A model generated the notes under the pieces. It ran no database searches, was not told where the DNA came from, and saw nothing but the letters and a program-made list of their open reading frames with translations. Of a stretch of 64,000 bases of DNA, positions 48,328-59,499 are shown one piece after another (the first letter of the stretch is position 1; the number at the start of each line of letters is the position of its first letter). This stretch comes from Mustelus asterias (taxonomy: Eukaryota), in the NCBI RefSeq assembly GCF_964213995.1, contig NW_027590140.1, positions 372,001 to 436,000 on the forward strand, given 5' to 3'. The translations under genes were made by a program, and so were the position numbers.

Positions 48328-51231
48328 TCAAGCTATCCCACTCCCTATCATCCTGGTGTGCTCCATGTGCCTATCCAATAACCGCTTAAATGTTTCTAAA
48401 GTGTCTGACTCCACTATCACTGCAGGCAGTCCATTCCACACCCCAACCACTCTCTGCGTAAAGAACCTACCTCTGATATCCGTCCTGTATCTCCCACCAC
48501 GAACCCTATAGTTATGCCCCCTTGTAATAGCTCCATCCACCCGAGGAAATAGTCTTTGAACGTTCACTCTATCTATCCCCTTCATCATTTTATACACCTC
48601 TATTAAGTCTCCCCTCAGCCTCCTCCGCTCCAGAGAGAACAGCCCTAGCTCCCTCAACCTTTCCTCATATGACCTACCCTCCAAACCAGGCAGCATCCTG
48701 GTAAATCTCCTCTGCACTCCTTCCAGCGCTTCCACATCCTTCCTATAGTGAGGTGACCAGAACTGCACACAATATTCCAAATGTGGTCTCACCAAGGTCC
48801 TGTACAGTTGCAGCATAACCCCACGGCTCTTAAACTCCAACCCCCTGTTAATAAAAGCTAACACACTATAGGCCTTCTTCACAGCTCTATCCACTTGACT
48901 GGCAACCTTTAGAGATCTGTGGATATGGACCCCAAGATCTCTCTGTTCCTCCACAGTCTTCAGAACCCTACCTTTGACCTTGTAATCCACATTTAAATTT
49001 GTCCTACCAAAATGAATCACCTCACATTTATCAGGGTTAAACTCCATTTGCCATTTTTCAGCCCAGCTTTGCATCCTATCTATGTCTCTTTGCAGCCTAC
49101 AACAGCCCTCCACCTCATCCACTACTCCACCAATCTTGGTGTCATCAGCAAATTTACTGATCCACCCTTCAGCCCCCTCCTCTAAGTCATTAATAAAAAT
49201 CACAAAGAGCAGAGGACCAAGCACTGATCCCTGCGGCACACCGCTAGCAACCTGCCTCCAATCCGAAAATTTTCCATCGACCACCACGCTCTGTCTTCGG
49301 TCAGACAGCCAGTTACCTATCCAATCGGCCAACTTTCCCTCTATCCCACACCTCCTCACTTTCATCATAAGCCGACCATGGGGGACCTTATCAAACGCCT
49401 TACTAAAATCCATGTATATGACATCAACTGCCCTACCTTCATCAACACACTTAGTTACCTCCTCAAAAAATTCTATCAAATTTGTGAGGCACGACTTGCC
49501 CTTCACGAATCCGTGCTGACTATCTCGGATTAATCCGCATCTTTCTAAATGGTCGTAAATCCCATCCCTAAGGACCCTTTCCATCAATTTACCAACCACC
49601 GAAGTAAGACTAACCGGTCTATAATTACCAGGGTCATTTCTAGTCCCTTTCTTAAACAGAGGAACAACATTCGCCATTCTCCAGTCCTCTGGCACCATCC
49701 CCGTGGACAGCGAGGACCCAAAGATCAACGCCAAAGGCTCTGCAATCTCATCCCTTGCCTCCCAAAGAATCCTAGGATACATTTCATCAGGCCCAGGGGA
49801 CTTATCGACCTTCAGTTTATTCAAAACTGCCAAGACATCCTCCCTCCGAACATCTATTTCCTCCAGCCTATTAGCCTGTAACACCTTCTCTTCCTCAAAA
49901 ACATGGCCCCTCTCCTTGGTGAACACTGAAGAAAAGTATTCATTCATCACCTCGCCTATCTCTACTGACTCCATACACAAGTTCCCACTACTGTCCTTGA
50001 CCGGCCCTAACCTCACCCTGGTCATTCTTTTATTCCTCACATAAGAGTAAAAAGCCTTGGGGTTTTCCTTGATCCGACCCGCCAAGGACTTCTCATGTCC
50101 CCTCCTAGCTCTCTTAAGCCCCTTTTTCAGCTCATTCCTTGCTAACTTGTAACCCTCAATCAAGCCATCTGAACCTTGTTTCCTCATCCCTACATAAGCT
50201 TCCCTCTTCCTTTTCACAAGACATTCCACCTCTTTTGTGAACCATGGTTCCCTCACTCGGCCATTTCCTCCCTGCCTGACAGGAACATACCTATCAAGGA
50301 CATCCAGTATTTGTTCCTTGAAAAAATTCCACTTTTCATTAGTTCCTTTCTCTGACAGTTTCTGGTCCCAACTTATGCCCCCTAATTCTTGCCTAATCGC
50401 ATCATAATTGCCCCTCCCCCAATTGTAAACCTTGCCCTGCCGTACGGCCCTATCCCTCTCCATTGCAATAACAAAAGACACCGAATTGTGGTCACTATCT
50501 CCAAATTGCTCTCCCACAACCAAATCTAACACTTGGCCCGGTTCATTTCCCAGTACCAAATCCAATGTGGCCTCACCTCTAGTCGGCCCATCCACATATT
50601 GTGTCAGGAAACCCTCCCGCACACACTGCACAAAAACTGCCCCATCCAAACTATTTGACCTACAAAGGTTCCAATCAATATTTGGAAAGTTAAAGTCCCC
50701 CATGACAACTACCCTGTGACCCCCACACATATCCATAATCTGCTTAGCAATTTCTTCCTCCACATCTCTATTACTATTTGGGGGCCTATAGTAAACTCCT
50801 AGCAACGTGACCGCTCCTTTCCTATTTCTAACTTCAGCCCATATTACCTCAGTGTGCAGATCCCCCACGAAGTGCCTTTCCGCAGCCGTTAAACTATCCT
50901 TGATTAACAATGCCACTCCTCCACCTCTTTTACCAGCTTCCCTACACTTAGTGAAACATCTATACCCCGGAACGTCCAACAACCATTCCTGTCCTTGTTC
51001 TACCCACGTCTCCGTAATGGCCACAACATCGTAGTCCCAAGTACCAATCCACGCCCCAAGTTCATCTACCTTGTTCCGGATGCTCCTTGCATTGAAGTAG
51101 ACACACTTCAACCCACCTTCCTGTCTACCAGTACCCACCCTTGACCCTGATACCTTCCCCAATACCTCACCACCCTCACTGACTTCTGGACTACAACTCC
51201 CTTTCCCACTCCCCTGACAATTTAGTTTAAA
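48328..51231 (-). CDS. CR1 ORF2: APE endonuclease + reverse transcriptase, uninterrupted
   Basis: YFNARSI, AITETW, MGDFN, LDLV, SDH (EN); [33 protein letters not shown] (RT). No ATG before the EN domain; start placed at the proposed slip site. Confidence 0.93.
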   Translation of the reverse strand, partial: FKLNCQGSGKGSCSPEVSEGGEVLGKVSGSRVGTGRQEGGLKCVYFNARSIRNKVDELGAWIGTWDYDVVAITETWVEQGQEWLLDVPGYRCFTKCREAGKRGGGVALLIKDSLTAAERHFVGDLHTEVIWAEVRNRKGAVTLLGVYYRPPNSNRDVEEEIAKQIMDMCGGHRVVVMGDFNFPNIDWNLCRSNSLDGAVFVQCVREGFLTQYVDGPTRGEATLDLVLGNEPGQVLDLVVGEQFGDSDHNSVSFVIAMERDRAVRQGKVYNWGRGNYDAIRQELGGISWDQKLSEKGTNEKWNFFKEQILDVLDRYVPVRQGGNGRVREPWFTKEVECLVKRKREAYVGMRKQGSDGLIEGYKLARNELKKGLKRARRGHEKSLAGRIKENPKAFYSYVRNKRMTRVRLGPVKDSSGNLCMESVEIGEVMNEYFSSVFTKERGHVFEEEKVLQANRLEEIDVRREDVLAVLNKLKVDKSPGPDEMYPRILWEARDEIAEPLALIFGSSLSTGMVPEDWRMANVVPLFKKGTRNDPGNYRPVSLTSVVGKLMERVLRDGIYDHLERCGLIRDSQHGFVKGKSCLTNLIEFFEEVTKCVDEGRAVDVIYMDFSKAFDKVPHGRLMMKVRRCGIEGKLADWIGNWLSDRRQSVVVDGKFSDWRQVASGVPQGSVLGPLLFVIFINDLEEGAEGWISKFADDTKIGGVVDEVEGCCRLQRDIDRMQSWAEKWQMEFNPDKCEVIHFGRTNLNVDYKVKGRVLKTVEEQRDLGVHIHRSLKVASQVDRAVKKAYSVLAFINRGLEFKSRGVMLQLYRTLVRPHLEYCVQFWSPHYRKDVEALEGVQRRFTRMLPGLEGRSYEERLRELGLFSLERRRLRGDLIEVYKMMKGIDRVNVQRLFPRVDGAITRGHNYRVRGGRYRTDIRGRFFTQRVVGVWNGLPAVIVESDTLETFKRLLDRHMEHTRMIGSGIA

Positions 51232-51617
51232 CCCCCCTGAAGAGCCGTAACAAATTTCCCTCCGAGGATATTGGTGCCCCTCTGGTTCAGGTGCACCCCG
51301 TCCTGTTTGTACAGGTCCCACCTTCCCCAGAACGTGTTCCAATTATCCACGTATCTGAAACCCTCCCTCCTACACCATCCCTGCAACCACATATTTAACT
51401 GCACTCTCTCCCTGTTCCTCAACTCGCTATCACGTGGTACCGGCAACGTACCAGAGATGACCACATGTTTCGTCTTGGCTCTCAGCTTCCAGCCCAGCTC
51501 CAGAAATTCCTGCTTTAAATCCCCGTCCCTTCTCTTACCTATGTCATTGGTACCAATGTGCACCACGACTTGTGACTGTTTCCCCTCCCCCTTCAGAATC
51601 TGGAAAACACGGTCTGA
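51222..51617 (-). CDS. CR1 ORF1 C-terminal SGNH esterase domain (5'-truncated)
   Basis: VVVHIGTND...DGVHLN motifs; ends QGGLN*. Confidence 0.9.
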   Translation of the reverse strand, partial: SDRVFQILKGEGKQSQVVVHIGTNDIGKRRDGDLKQEFLELGWKLRAKTKHVVISGTLPVPRDSELRNRERVQLNMWLQGWCRREGFRYVDNWNTFWGRWDLYKQDGVHLNQRGTNILGGKFVTALQGGLN

Positions 51618-52022
51618 GAATGAATGAAGACTGCAAGGATCAAAATCGGTCAACGTAATAAAAACACAGTCAGAGACACTGACAGATTCTGAGGGAGATA
51701 TATAGAGACAATGAAAAACAGAAATAGCGAGTGAGGTACACATCCACAACCCATGAATGAATAACAATATACACACAGCCAGCTGCCTGAACCAACAAAC
51801 ATGGGGTCCTCTAAACTGGTGACCAGAGATCAAGTGAATGGCCACAAGCATATTCACCTTTTAATGTCTTGATTTTCTTGTGTGTGTTGTGTTGATAGAT
51901 TGCCTGCTCTGTGTGCTCAGGTTCTCAAACCAAATCCCACGTAAACCAATCCCACCGTTTGCACTGCAAATACATTTACAAAACCTTTGACTTTTCCAAT
52001 ACGAAATGACAGCTGAATGAGA

Positions 52023-52111
52023 CCTCTTGCTTGGCCTGTGAACCCAGGACCTCTCGCAAGTTGGTGATGTTAACACCTTCAGCCCGAATCATACCCCTCG
52101 TCCAACGAGCC
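52023..52111 (-). pseudogene. Intron-bearing tRNA-Pro pseudogene
   Basis: 17-nt insert TGTTAACATCACCAACT before TGCGAGAGGTCCTGGGTTCA. Confidence 0.7.
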
Positions 52112-52881
52112 GCTGCTGGCGAAGTTGTTCAATGAAAATATTTCCATTGCCATTCAAAGCTACTCAGACTTCTGCAGTGAAAGGTGAAAATGCTGGAAAA
52201 CAAATCTCATATTTTAGCTCCATAATCTTTGATTACCACGGGGAATGGTTAGAAATGTAGGAAGTTTTAAAGAAGTGTTATCCAGCAGCATAACAAGAGG
52301 GGAGGCCTCTGGCCGGGTGTAAATCAGGAGATATTAAATGGGGGAAACAAAGAATTTTAAAGTAATGACACCACAGAATGGGGCCATTCCTAAGTCCTTT
52401 ACAGGACGCAGTTGTGTTGTGGATGAAGGGGAACCTATGGATGTAATTGGAGCCACAGTAATGAGTTGGTGGGTTTTGAAAATTGAAAGTTACACTTAGG
52501 AAATAGAATTAGGAGCAGAAGTGGGCTAATACAGCGCTTCGAGCCTTAACCGTCATGCAATCAGTTCATGACTGATCTCTCCCTGTTCTAAAATCCACCT
52601 CCCTCTCTGTTCCAATATCCCCTCATCCCTTTTATTATCAGGAATATATCTGTCTCTTTCTTGAAGCCATTTAATGATTCAGACTCCATCGCGCTATGGG
52701 GAAATGCATTCCAAAAATTCACGACCCTCTGCGAGAAGTAGTTCCTCCTCATCTTAGTTTTAAATCTACGGCCTCTCAACCTATACATTTGAGCTGTTCT
52801 TCTCGACTGCCCCATGAGAAGAAACATTTCGTCGACGTTCAATCTATCAATTCTTTTTAGAATTTCATATACCCCGATCAC

Positions 52882-54282
52882 TTGTGAGGCACGACTTGCC
52901 CTTCACAGATTCGTGAAGGGCAAGTCGTGCCTCACAAATTTGATTGAATTCTTTGAGGAGGTAACTAAGTGTGTTGATGAAGGTAGGGCAGTTGATGTCA
53001 TATACATGGATTTTAGTAAGGCGTTTGATAAGGTCCCCCATGGTCTGCTTATGATGAAAGTGAGGAGGTGTGGGATAGAGGGAAAGTTGGCCGATTGGAT
53101 AGGTAACTGGCTGTCTGATCGAAGACAGAGGGTGGTGGTGGATGGAAATGTTTCGGATTGGAGGCAGGTTGCCAGCGGAGTGCCACAGGGATCAGTGCTT
53201 GGTCCTCTACTCTTTGTGATTTTTATTAATGACTTAGAGGAGGGGGCTGAAGGGTGGATCAGTAAATTTGCTGATGACACCAAGAATGGTGGAGTAGTGG
53301 ATGAAATCATAGAAATCGTAGAAACCCTAGAGTGCAGAAAGAGGCCATTCGGCTCATCGAGTCTGCACCGACCACAATCCCACCCAGGCCCCACTCCTAT
53401 ATCCCTACACGTTTACCCGCCAAGGTGTTGTAGGCTGCAAGAGACATAGATAGGATGTAAAGTGGGCTGAAAAATGGCAAATGGAGTTTAACCCTGATAA
53501 ATGTGAGGTGATTCATTTTGGTCGGACAAATTTAAATGTGGATTACAGGTTCAAAGGTAGGGTTCTGAAGACTGTGGAGGAACAGAGAGATCTTGGGGTC
53601 CATATCCACAGATCTCTAAAGGTTGCCACTCAAGTGGATAGAACTGTGAAGAAGGCCTATAGTGTGTTAGCTTTTATTAACAGGAGGTTGGAGTTTAAGA
53701 GCCGTGGGGTCATGCTGCAACTGTACAGGACCTTGGTGAGACCACACTTGGAATATTGTGTGCAGTTCTGGTCACCTCACTATAAGAAGGATGTGGAAGC
53801 GCTGGAAAGAGTGCAGAGGAGATTTACCAGGATGCTGCCTGGTTTGGAGGGTAGGTCTTATGAGGAAAGGTTGAGGGAGCTAGGGCTGTTCTCTCTGGAG
53901 CGGAGGAGGCTGAGGGGAGACCTAATAGAGGTTTATATAATGATGAAGGGGATAGATAGAGTGAACGTTCAAAGACTATTTCCTCGGGTGGGTGGAGCTA
54001 TTACAAGGGGGCATAACTATAGGGTTCGTGGTGGGAGATATAGGAAGGATATCAGAGGTAGGTTCTTTACGCAGAGAGTGGTTGGGGTGTGGAATGGACT
54101 GCCTGCAGTGATAGTGGAGTCAGACACTTTAGGAACATTTAAGCGGTTATTGGATAGGCACAATGAGCACACCAGGATGATAGGGAGTGGGATAGCTTGA
54201 TCTTGGTTTCAGATAAAGCTCGGCACAACATCGTGGACCGAAGGACCTGTTCTGTGCTGTACTGTTCTAATTTCTAGTTCTA
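52882..54282 (+). mobile_element. 5'-truncated CR1, same subfamily as the 48.2-51.6 kb copy, with 5' hairpin and a nested tail insertion
   Basis: ORFs 52814-53449 and 53481-54200 are nearly identical to the C-terminal part of ORF2 at 48328. Confidence 0.95.
53305..53421 (-). mobile_element. Short SINE/CR1 3'-tail insertion inside the CR1
   Basis: ATCATAGAAATCGTAGAAACCC...CATCGAGTCTGCACCGACC interrupts the frame after GGVVDE. Confidence 0.8.
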
Positions 54283-56098
54283 AAAATTCCAGCATGTTGT
54301 GGGACTATTTTACCTCAGTGTCGATTTCATGTCCCAGCGAACTCAATCGGTGTTGTCATTAGCTGAAGCAGTCCATGTTCCATCCAAACTGGACATATTA
54401 AGTGATGTACGGTAAGTCAATTTGAAAAACACATTTCACCCGTGACCCTGGTTGTCCAGGGAGTTGTGTTCAGTCCCACCCCAGTGTTGTTTGGTTTCAA
54501 TTCCCGCTCAGGAAACAATTATTTATTGTTCTCGGCAAACTATTAAAAATAACCTGATTTGCTATCTGATCAAAAGCAGATCTACTAAAATCAGCCGAGT
54601 GAGGTTTGCAAGTCTCCATCACAGCTGGAAATGTCACATGTGCAACAAGTCAAGAACAAATATAGGAGCAGAAAGACAGTGATAGGCTGCAAAGCGCTGA
54701 CGACAGAGATGGTGATGTAAGGTAACATCTGGAAGGTAAATCGGTCAGATTTTAGCGTTCACACTGAATTATTAAACCTTTCCCTCACTCTGCAACAACA
54801 ATGTTTGAAAACGTTTCTGCCCAGTTTTGAACCGTCGGAAGCGAAAGTAATAACTGTGTGTGGAATGTCTGTTGTCTGTTATAATGGACTGAATATATCA
54901 CTGTGGTGGAAACAGAAGGTGCCATTTTGCGATAGAGACTTACTTGTGGTGAATCATCCAAACCATAAAAACAAATGTCAGTTATTGCCTGGTGGAACAT
55001 ATAAAACACAATCTCTCCTCGTGTCCTGAGGTGAAGACTGAGCAAATCCAACAGGACGTTTTCATGTCATATCTGGCAGTATATTGGGAACCAGACAAGG
55101 TTAAGGACAGTTTAAATGGTGCTGGTCCTTCACTGCAGCTGATTCTGTTTCTGACTGGATGTGATTTCTGTTTGTTACAGAGTTCAGGATGAATTGATTC
55201 AGTGAAGGAGCAGGCTCAAACCGACTGATGGCCTTTCTCAGCTCCTTTGCTGCTACTAAATTTCATTAACGTTTTCAGTAAAGAGCAGGATGGTCATGGG
55301 GTAGCGTGACGGAGCAGTTTAAACCAGCAGTTAGGTCCCATCTCTGTCTCAGCTGTGGGTTCAAATCCCGCCATTGCGAGAGTGGGCTTGAGTTTTGGTC
55401 TGTGCAGCTGAAATCCAGCAGTTCAGATTGAATGCAGGAGTTTCTGCCGTGTCGTTTTTGTCAGGAAGAAAGCGGAGACACTGACCAATGTAAACAGTTG
55501 TTGAGGTAAAGAAGCGCATGTGGAAGGAGTGGAGCAAATTATTGTAGATGCTGGAATCGGAAACAAAAAGGGAAAATGCTGGAAAATCTCATCAAGTCTG
55601 GCAGCATCTATTATGAGAGAAGAGAGCTGATGTTTCGAGTCCAGATCACCCTTTGTCAAAACTGGAAGGAATTGAGTTGCTCCGACAGAGAATACAAACG
55701 GGAACACAGGCTGAATGGCTATCTGCCGATATAACCACAGGATTGCAAACATTGAGACTGCAGTCCCGGCCCAGGGGTAGATTGGGATTTTTAAACTGAG
55801 GCTCAAATCCTGTCATGTCCGCTTCCCGTCGTTCCTTATTTTTATTGAAAGTTATTGGAAATGAAGCAATGGGTACAGAGATGATCAACTCACTGAAAAT
55901 CTCTCACATCAGCGTCTCTGAGGGTCTAGTGACCAGAATCGGCGCCGTGACGTCGTTTCAATCCCCAGTCACGGAGTGAATAACTTTTTGTTCAATTCTT
56001 CATTTAATGAAAACACGCCTCAGAGCGTCTGTGAAGGGAGCAATGTCTAAATCTTCCAGCTGAATGAACTTGCATCGGAGTTGGAAACGTCAGAGATG

Positions 56099-56590
56099 CA
56101 AGTCTAGGATGCCACCGGGACTTGATGGATTGAGTTATAAGGAGAGGCTGGATAGACTTGGACATTTTTCCTCTGGAGCGTCGGAGGCTGAGGGGTGATC
56201 TTATAGAGGTCTATAAAATAATGAGGGGCACAGATCAACTAGATAGTCAATATATTTTCCCAAAGGTAGGGGAGTCTAAAACTAGAGGGCATGGGTTTAA
56301 GGTGAAAGGGGAGAGATACAATAGCGTCCAGAGGGGCAATTTTTCACACAGAGGGTGGTGAGTGTCTGGAACAAGCTGCCAGAGGTAGTAGGAGAGGCGG
56401 ATACAATTTTGTCTTTTAAAAGGCATTTAGATAGTCACATGGGTACGATGGGTATAGAGGGATATGGGCCAAATGCGAGCAATTGGGATTAGGTTCGGGG
56501 TTTTGAAAAAAAAGGCGGCATGGACAAGTTGTGCCGAAGGGCCTGTTTCCATGTTGTTCACCTCTATGACTCTATGACTCTATGATTCCA
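56099..56590 (+). mobile_element. CR1 3' fragment
   Basis: LERRRLRGDLIEVYK; (GACTCTAT)n tail; splits GAGATG|TAAC seen intact in paralogs. Confidence 0.9.
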
Positions 56591-56823
56591 TGTAACAACA
56601 ACGAACAACTCTGAAGAAGAATCACATAACAAGCACAACATACATGTCAGATACACACACAGCACACATGTCAAATCATGTCATTTTCAAGTTGCGTCTT
56701 TTAATTTCCTGCTCTCCACCAAATCAAACTCTCCACCAGATCAAAAATCTCCGACCTCAAACACTATGCTGTTCCTCAATCCACTGATAATGCTGCACGT
56801 AATGTGAGCGACTTGCAGCGCTT

Positions 56824-56896
56824 GGCTCCGTAGCTCAGTGGTTAGAGCACTGGCCTTATAAACCAGGGATCGTGTTTTCAGTTCTCATGTCGACCA
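56824..56896 (+). pseudogene. tRNA-Thr pseudogene (anticodon TAT)
   Basis: 5' half intact, 3' half decayed. Confidence 0.7.
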
Positions 56897-58819
56897 AGCT
56901 TAGTTGAAAGAAGCTGTAGGGTCGAGTCCAACAGACTGCGAGACAAAACAGGAAGCTTTTATGAGTGAAGGGACAGATCAGGTGCCAACTTGAAAAGCGC
57001 AAAGATTTTCTTCGTAAAAAAAACAGAAAGAGTAGAATATATTTGACGAGCTGAAAAATATTAATGTTGATATTAAGAATGGAATAGATTCGTTTGTCCA
57101 AGGAATGCATGACGTGAGCATGTAGGTGCAGCAGATAATTGGAAAGGACATTACATTTTGGTCTTTATTGCCGGCAGACTGGAGTCCAAGAATAACGAGG
57201 TGTTTCTGCTGTTCCACAGGGTTAGTTGAGACCACATGTTGAATATTCTGTGCAGATGTGATAGTCAAGTTTAAAAAGGGATGTGCTTGCGTTGGAAACG
57301 GTAAAGAGAAGATTCACCAGATTGCTTCCTGGGGTGAGGGAGTTGTCCTGTGATGAAATTCTCTGGAGTTTAGAAGAATGAGAGGCGATCTCATTACACC
57401 GACACAGCTCTGAATAGGTTTGATAGGATGGAGGCTGAGAGATTGTTTTTTTTTCTGCTGGTCGGAGAATCTTACCCACTGTGGCATAGATAAGGTGCTG
57501 ATCATTTTGGGCTAAGATAAGGAGAAATTACTTTCCTCAAAGGGCTGAGAATCTTTGGCATTCTCTGTACCTGACAGTTCTGTACGCCCCATCATCGAGC
57601 CCATTTAAGGTTGGGATGAACAGGTTTCTGGTCTCTTGGGGAATTCAGCGATAAGGGGAGATGGTGGAAAAACTGAGTTGTAGCCCAAGATCAATCAAGA
57701 TGGTATTGAATTGCGGAACAGTCCCGATGGACTGAGTGGTCTGCTTCTTCTCCTGTTATTCATTTCATAATAAAAGCAGAAAGTGCTGAAAGATCTCAAC
57801 AGGGCTTGCAACAAATGTGGAGCAAGGTATAGAATTAAGTTTCCGAGTGCAATATGACTGTTTGCAAACCAGTAACTGATTGCGAGTTAGAGCAATTAGC
57901 ACAGCATCGAGAATGGGAATTGAATTGGATCCAGGCAGTGAAACGCTGAATTTAAACTGCCGCAGGATTTCTGTTGGAAAAATGTTCAGGAAAGTTGCTG
58001 CCAACTGAAAGGGAGGAGGTTTGAGAGCATCCTGCGCCAAATAGACTCCCTCTATTACTGGTTCTACTTATGTTCCCAATATTGATATACTTTGTGTCCT
58101 TCTGCATCAGGGAAATACTGTCCAAACTTTGCCAGTCTTGCTGATATTCACTAAATTGTCATACAAATCGATCGATGAATATTCATTTCAAATAAAACGA
58201 GATACATTGGATCATGCTGCTGTATATTTCCAACCTATTAGAAATATGGGATTCACAGTAACTGATAGAAATTGATGCTATAGTTGAAGATATATAACTG
58301 GAACGCAACATCACACCGAGTGAATCCACTGTCTGTTTAAATGTTGATCAGTGAAAATTTCAACCATCCACTGCTGTGTAACACACGGCCACTGAGTCAA
58401 ATAGCAATAGCCAGTCAAAAAAAGCCTGCATCAGTCAATCTTTCTCGCAACTTTCAAACTTGTTGTTATTCTCTGTACCATTTGCCTTGAAGTATATGAA
58501 TAAGTGAACGCAGTTTGTGATGGTAAAAAATGTGTTCACCCCCTCTGGGAACTGAATCACATTGATACACAGAGGAACACACACAGACACCGAGAGTGAC
58601 AGAGGGCGGACAAGACACAAACACCCATAGATCAAGGATGTCACCAACTGGGTTCAGTTTTCTTCCATTTCTGGCTGGGGCTTTGGTGAATTCTAGCTGA
58701 TGAACAGAAATGAAGGAATGCGAAGTGAAGCAGGAAAAACAGATGGGAATATTTGAAAGATTTTGATTCCATTGAAAGAATAATTAATTCTGCAGTCATC
58801 GAAAGGAATGAATGCCGGG

Positions 58820-58900
58820 CAGCGCATTGGGTGAGGTTCAAATCTCCGTGAGAAAACAATAATTTCAAATCCACCGCCTGAGCCGCTTGGCCTCCACTGC
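58820..58900 (-). pseudogene. tRNA-Ser(TGA)-like remnant
   Basis: Minus strand GCAGTGGAGGCCAAGCGG...AGGCGGTGGATTTGAAAT. Confidence 0.45.
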
Positions 58901-59062
58901 AACCGGTATCAATGTGTTCGTGTTACTCAGATCAAACCATTGAATAGTTACAGCAACAAAAGGGAACATTCTGTTCTAGAAGGTCACGCTGCACCTTTCA
59001 TCCCTCCTTTTTCCTTCCTTACAAAATGCCATTCGCTGAAAAGACAAACGAGCTGCACTTTT

Positions 59063-59144
59063 TGGCAGTGGTGGGATTTGAATCCACAGCAATTCAGATA
59101 TTGAAGCTTAAATTTAGCAATTAAGACCATGCGGCTCCGCTAAC
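59063..59144 (-). pseudogene. tRNA-Leu pseudogene
   Basis: TGGCAGTGGTGGGATTTGAATCCAC is the reverse of the Leu 3' end; 82 nt. Confidence 0.6.
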
Positions 59145-59427
59145 AGTCAAACGTAACTATTGCTCGGAATAATACCGGCAACGGGTTAGAATATAATTGA
59201 GATTTTGGATGGAACATTTTGCCCCTCAAGCCCCTCACAATATTTTGGAATCATAGCCAAGCAGTTGTTTTCCATCTGTTACATTTCCGACTTTTCCAGC
59301 TTTGATGAAGGATCCAGCTGGAAGATGAACTTTGTTTCTCTCTCCACAGACGCTGCCAGATCTGGTTTCATTCAATGCGGAATTCCTTTTCATGGTGTCA
59401 GTTCACACAGCAATACAAACGAGTTAC

Positions 59428-59499
59428 CCTCTGGCTGGGGATTGAATCCAGTCCATAGTGATGAACGTGCCGAATCCAAACCACTCGACCAGCAGGGAA
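59428..59499 (-). pseudogene. tRNA-Glu pseudogene
   Basis: GCCGAATCCAAACCACTCGACCAGCAGGGA. Confidence 0.6.

Larger units (their letters stand above)
48249..51617 (-). mobile_element. Young CR1 LINE: 3' part of ORF1 + complete ORF2 + tail
   Basis: Absent from units A and B; (GTTCTAT)n tail at 48.25 kb; 5'-truncated inside ORF1. Confidence 0.97.
43628..58620 (+). repeat. Tandem tRNA-cluster unit C (internal ~4.8 kb deletion, several CR1 insertions)
   Basis: Starts like 28571; at ~44480 jumps from the equivalent of 11380 to that of 16168; the tail at 58230 matches 28030. Confidence 0.88.

Noticed and set aside
49082-51034. Plus-strand ORFs antisense to CR1 ORF2
   Set aside because: Typical shadow ORFs of LINE coding sequence
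51618-51857. N-terminal hydrophobic part of the 211-aa ORF
   Set aside because: Flanking unit sequence read in frame with truncated ORF1; not conserved as an ORF in units A and B
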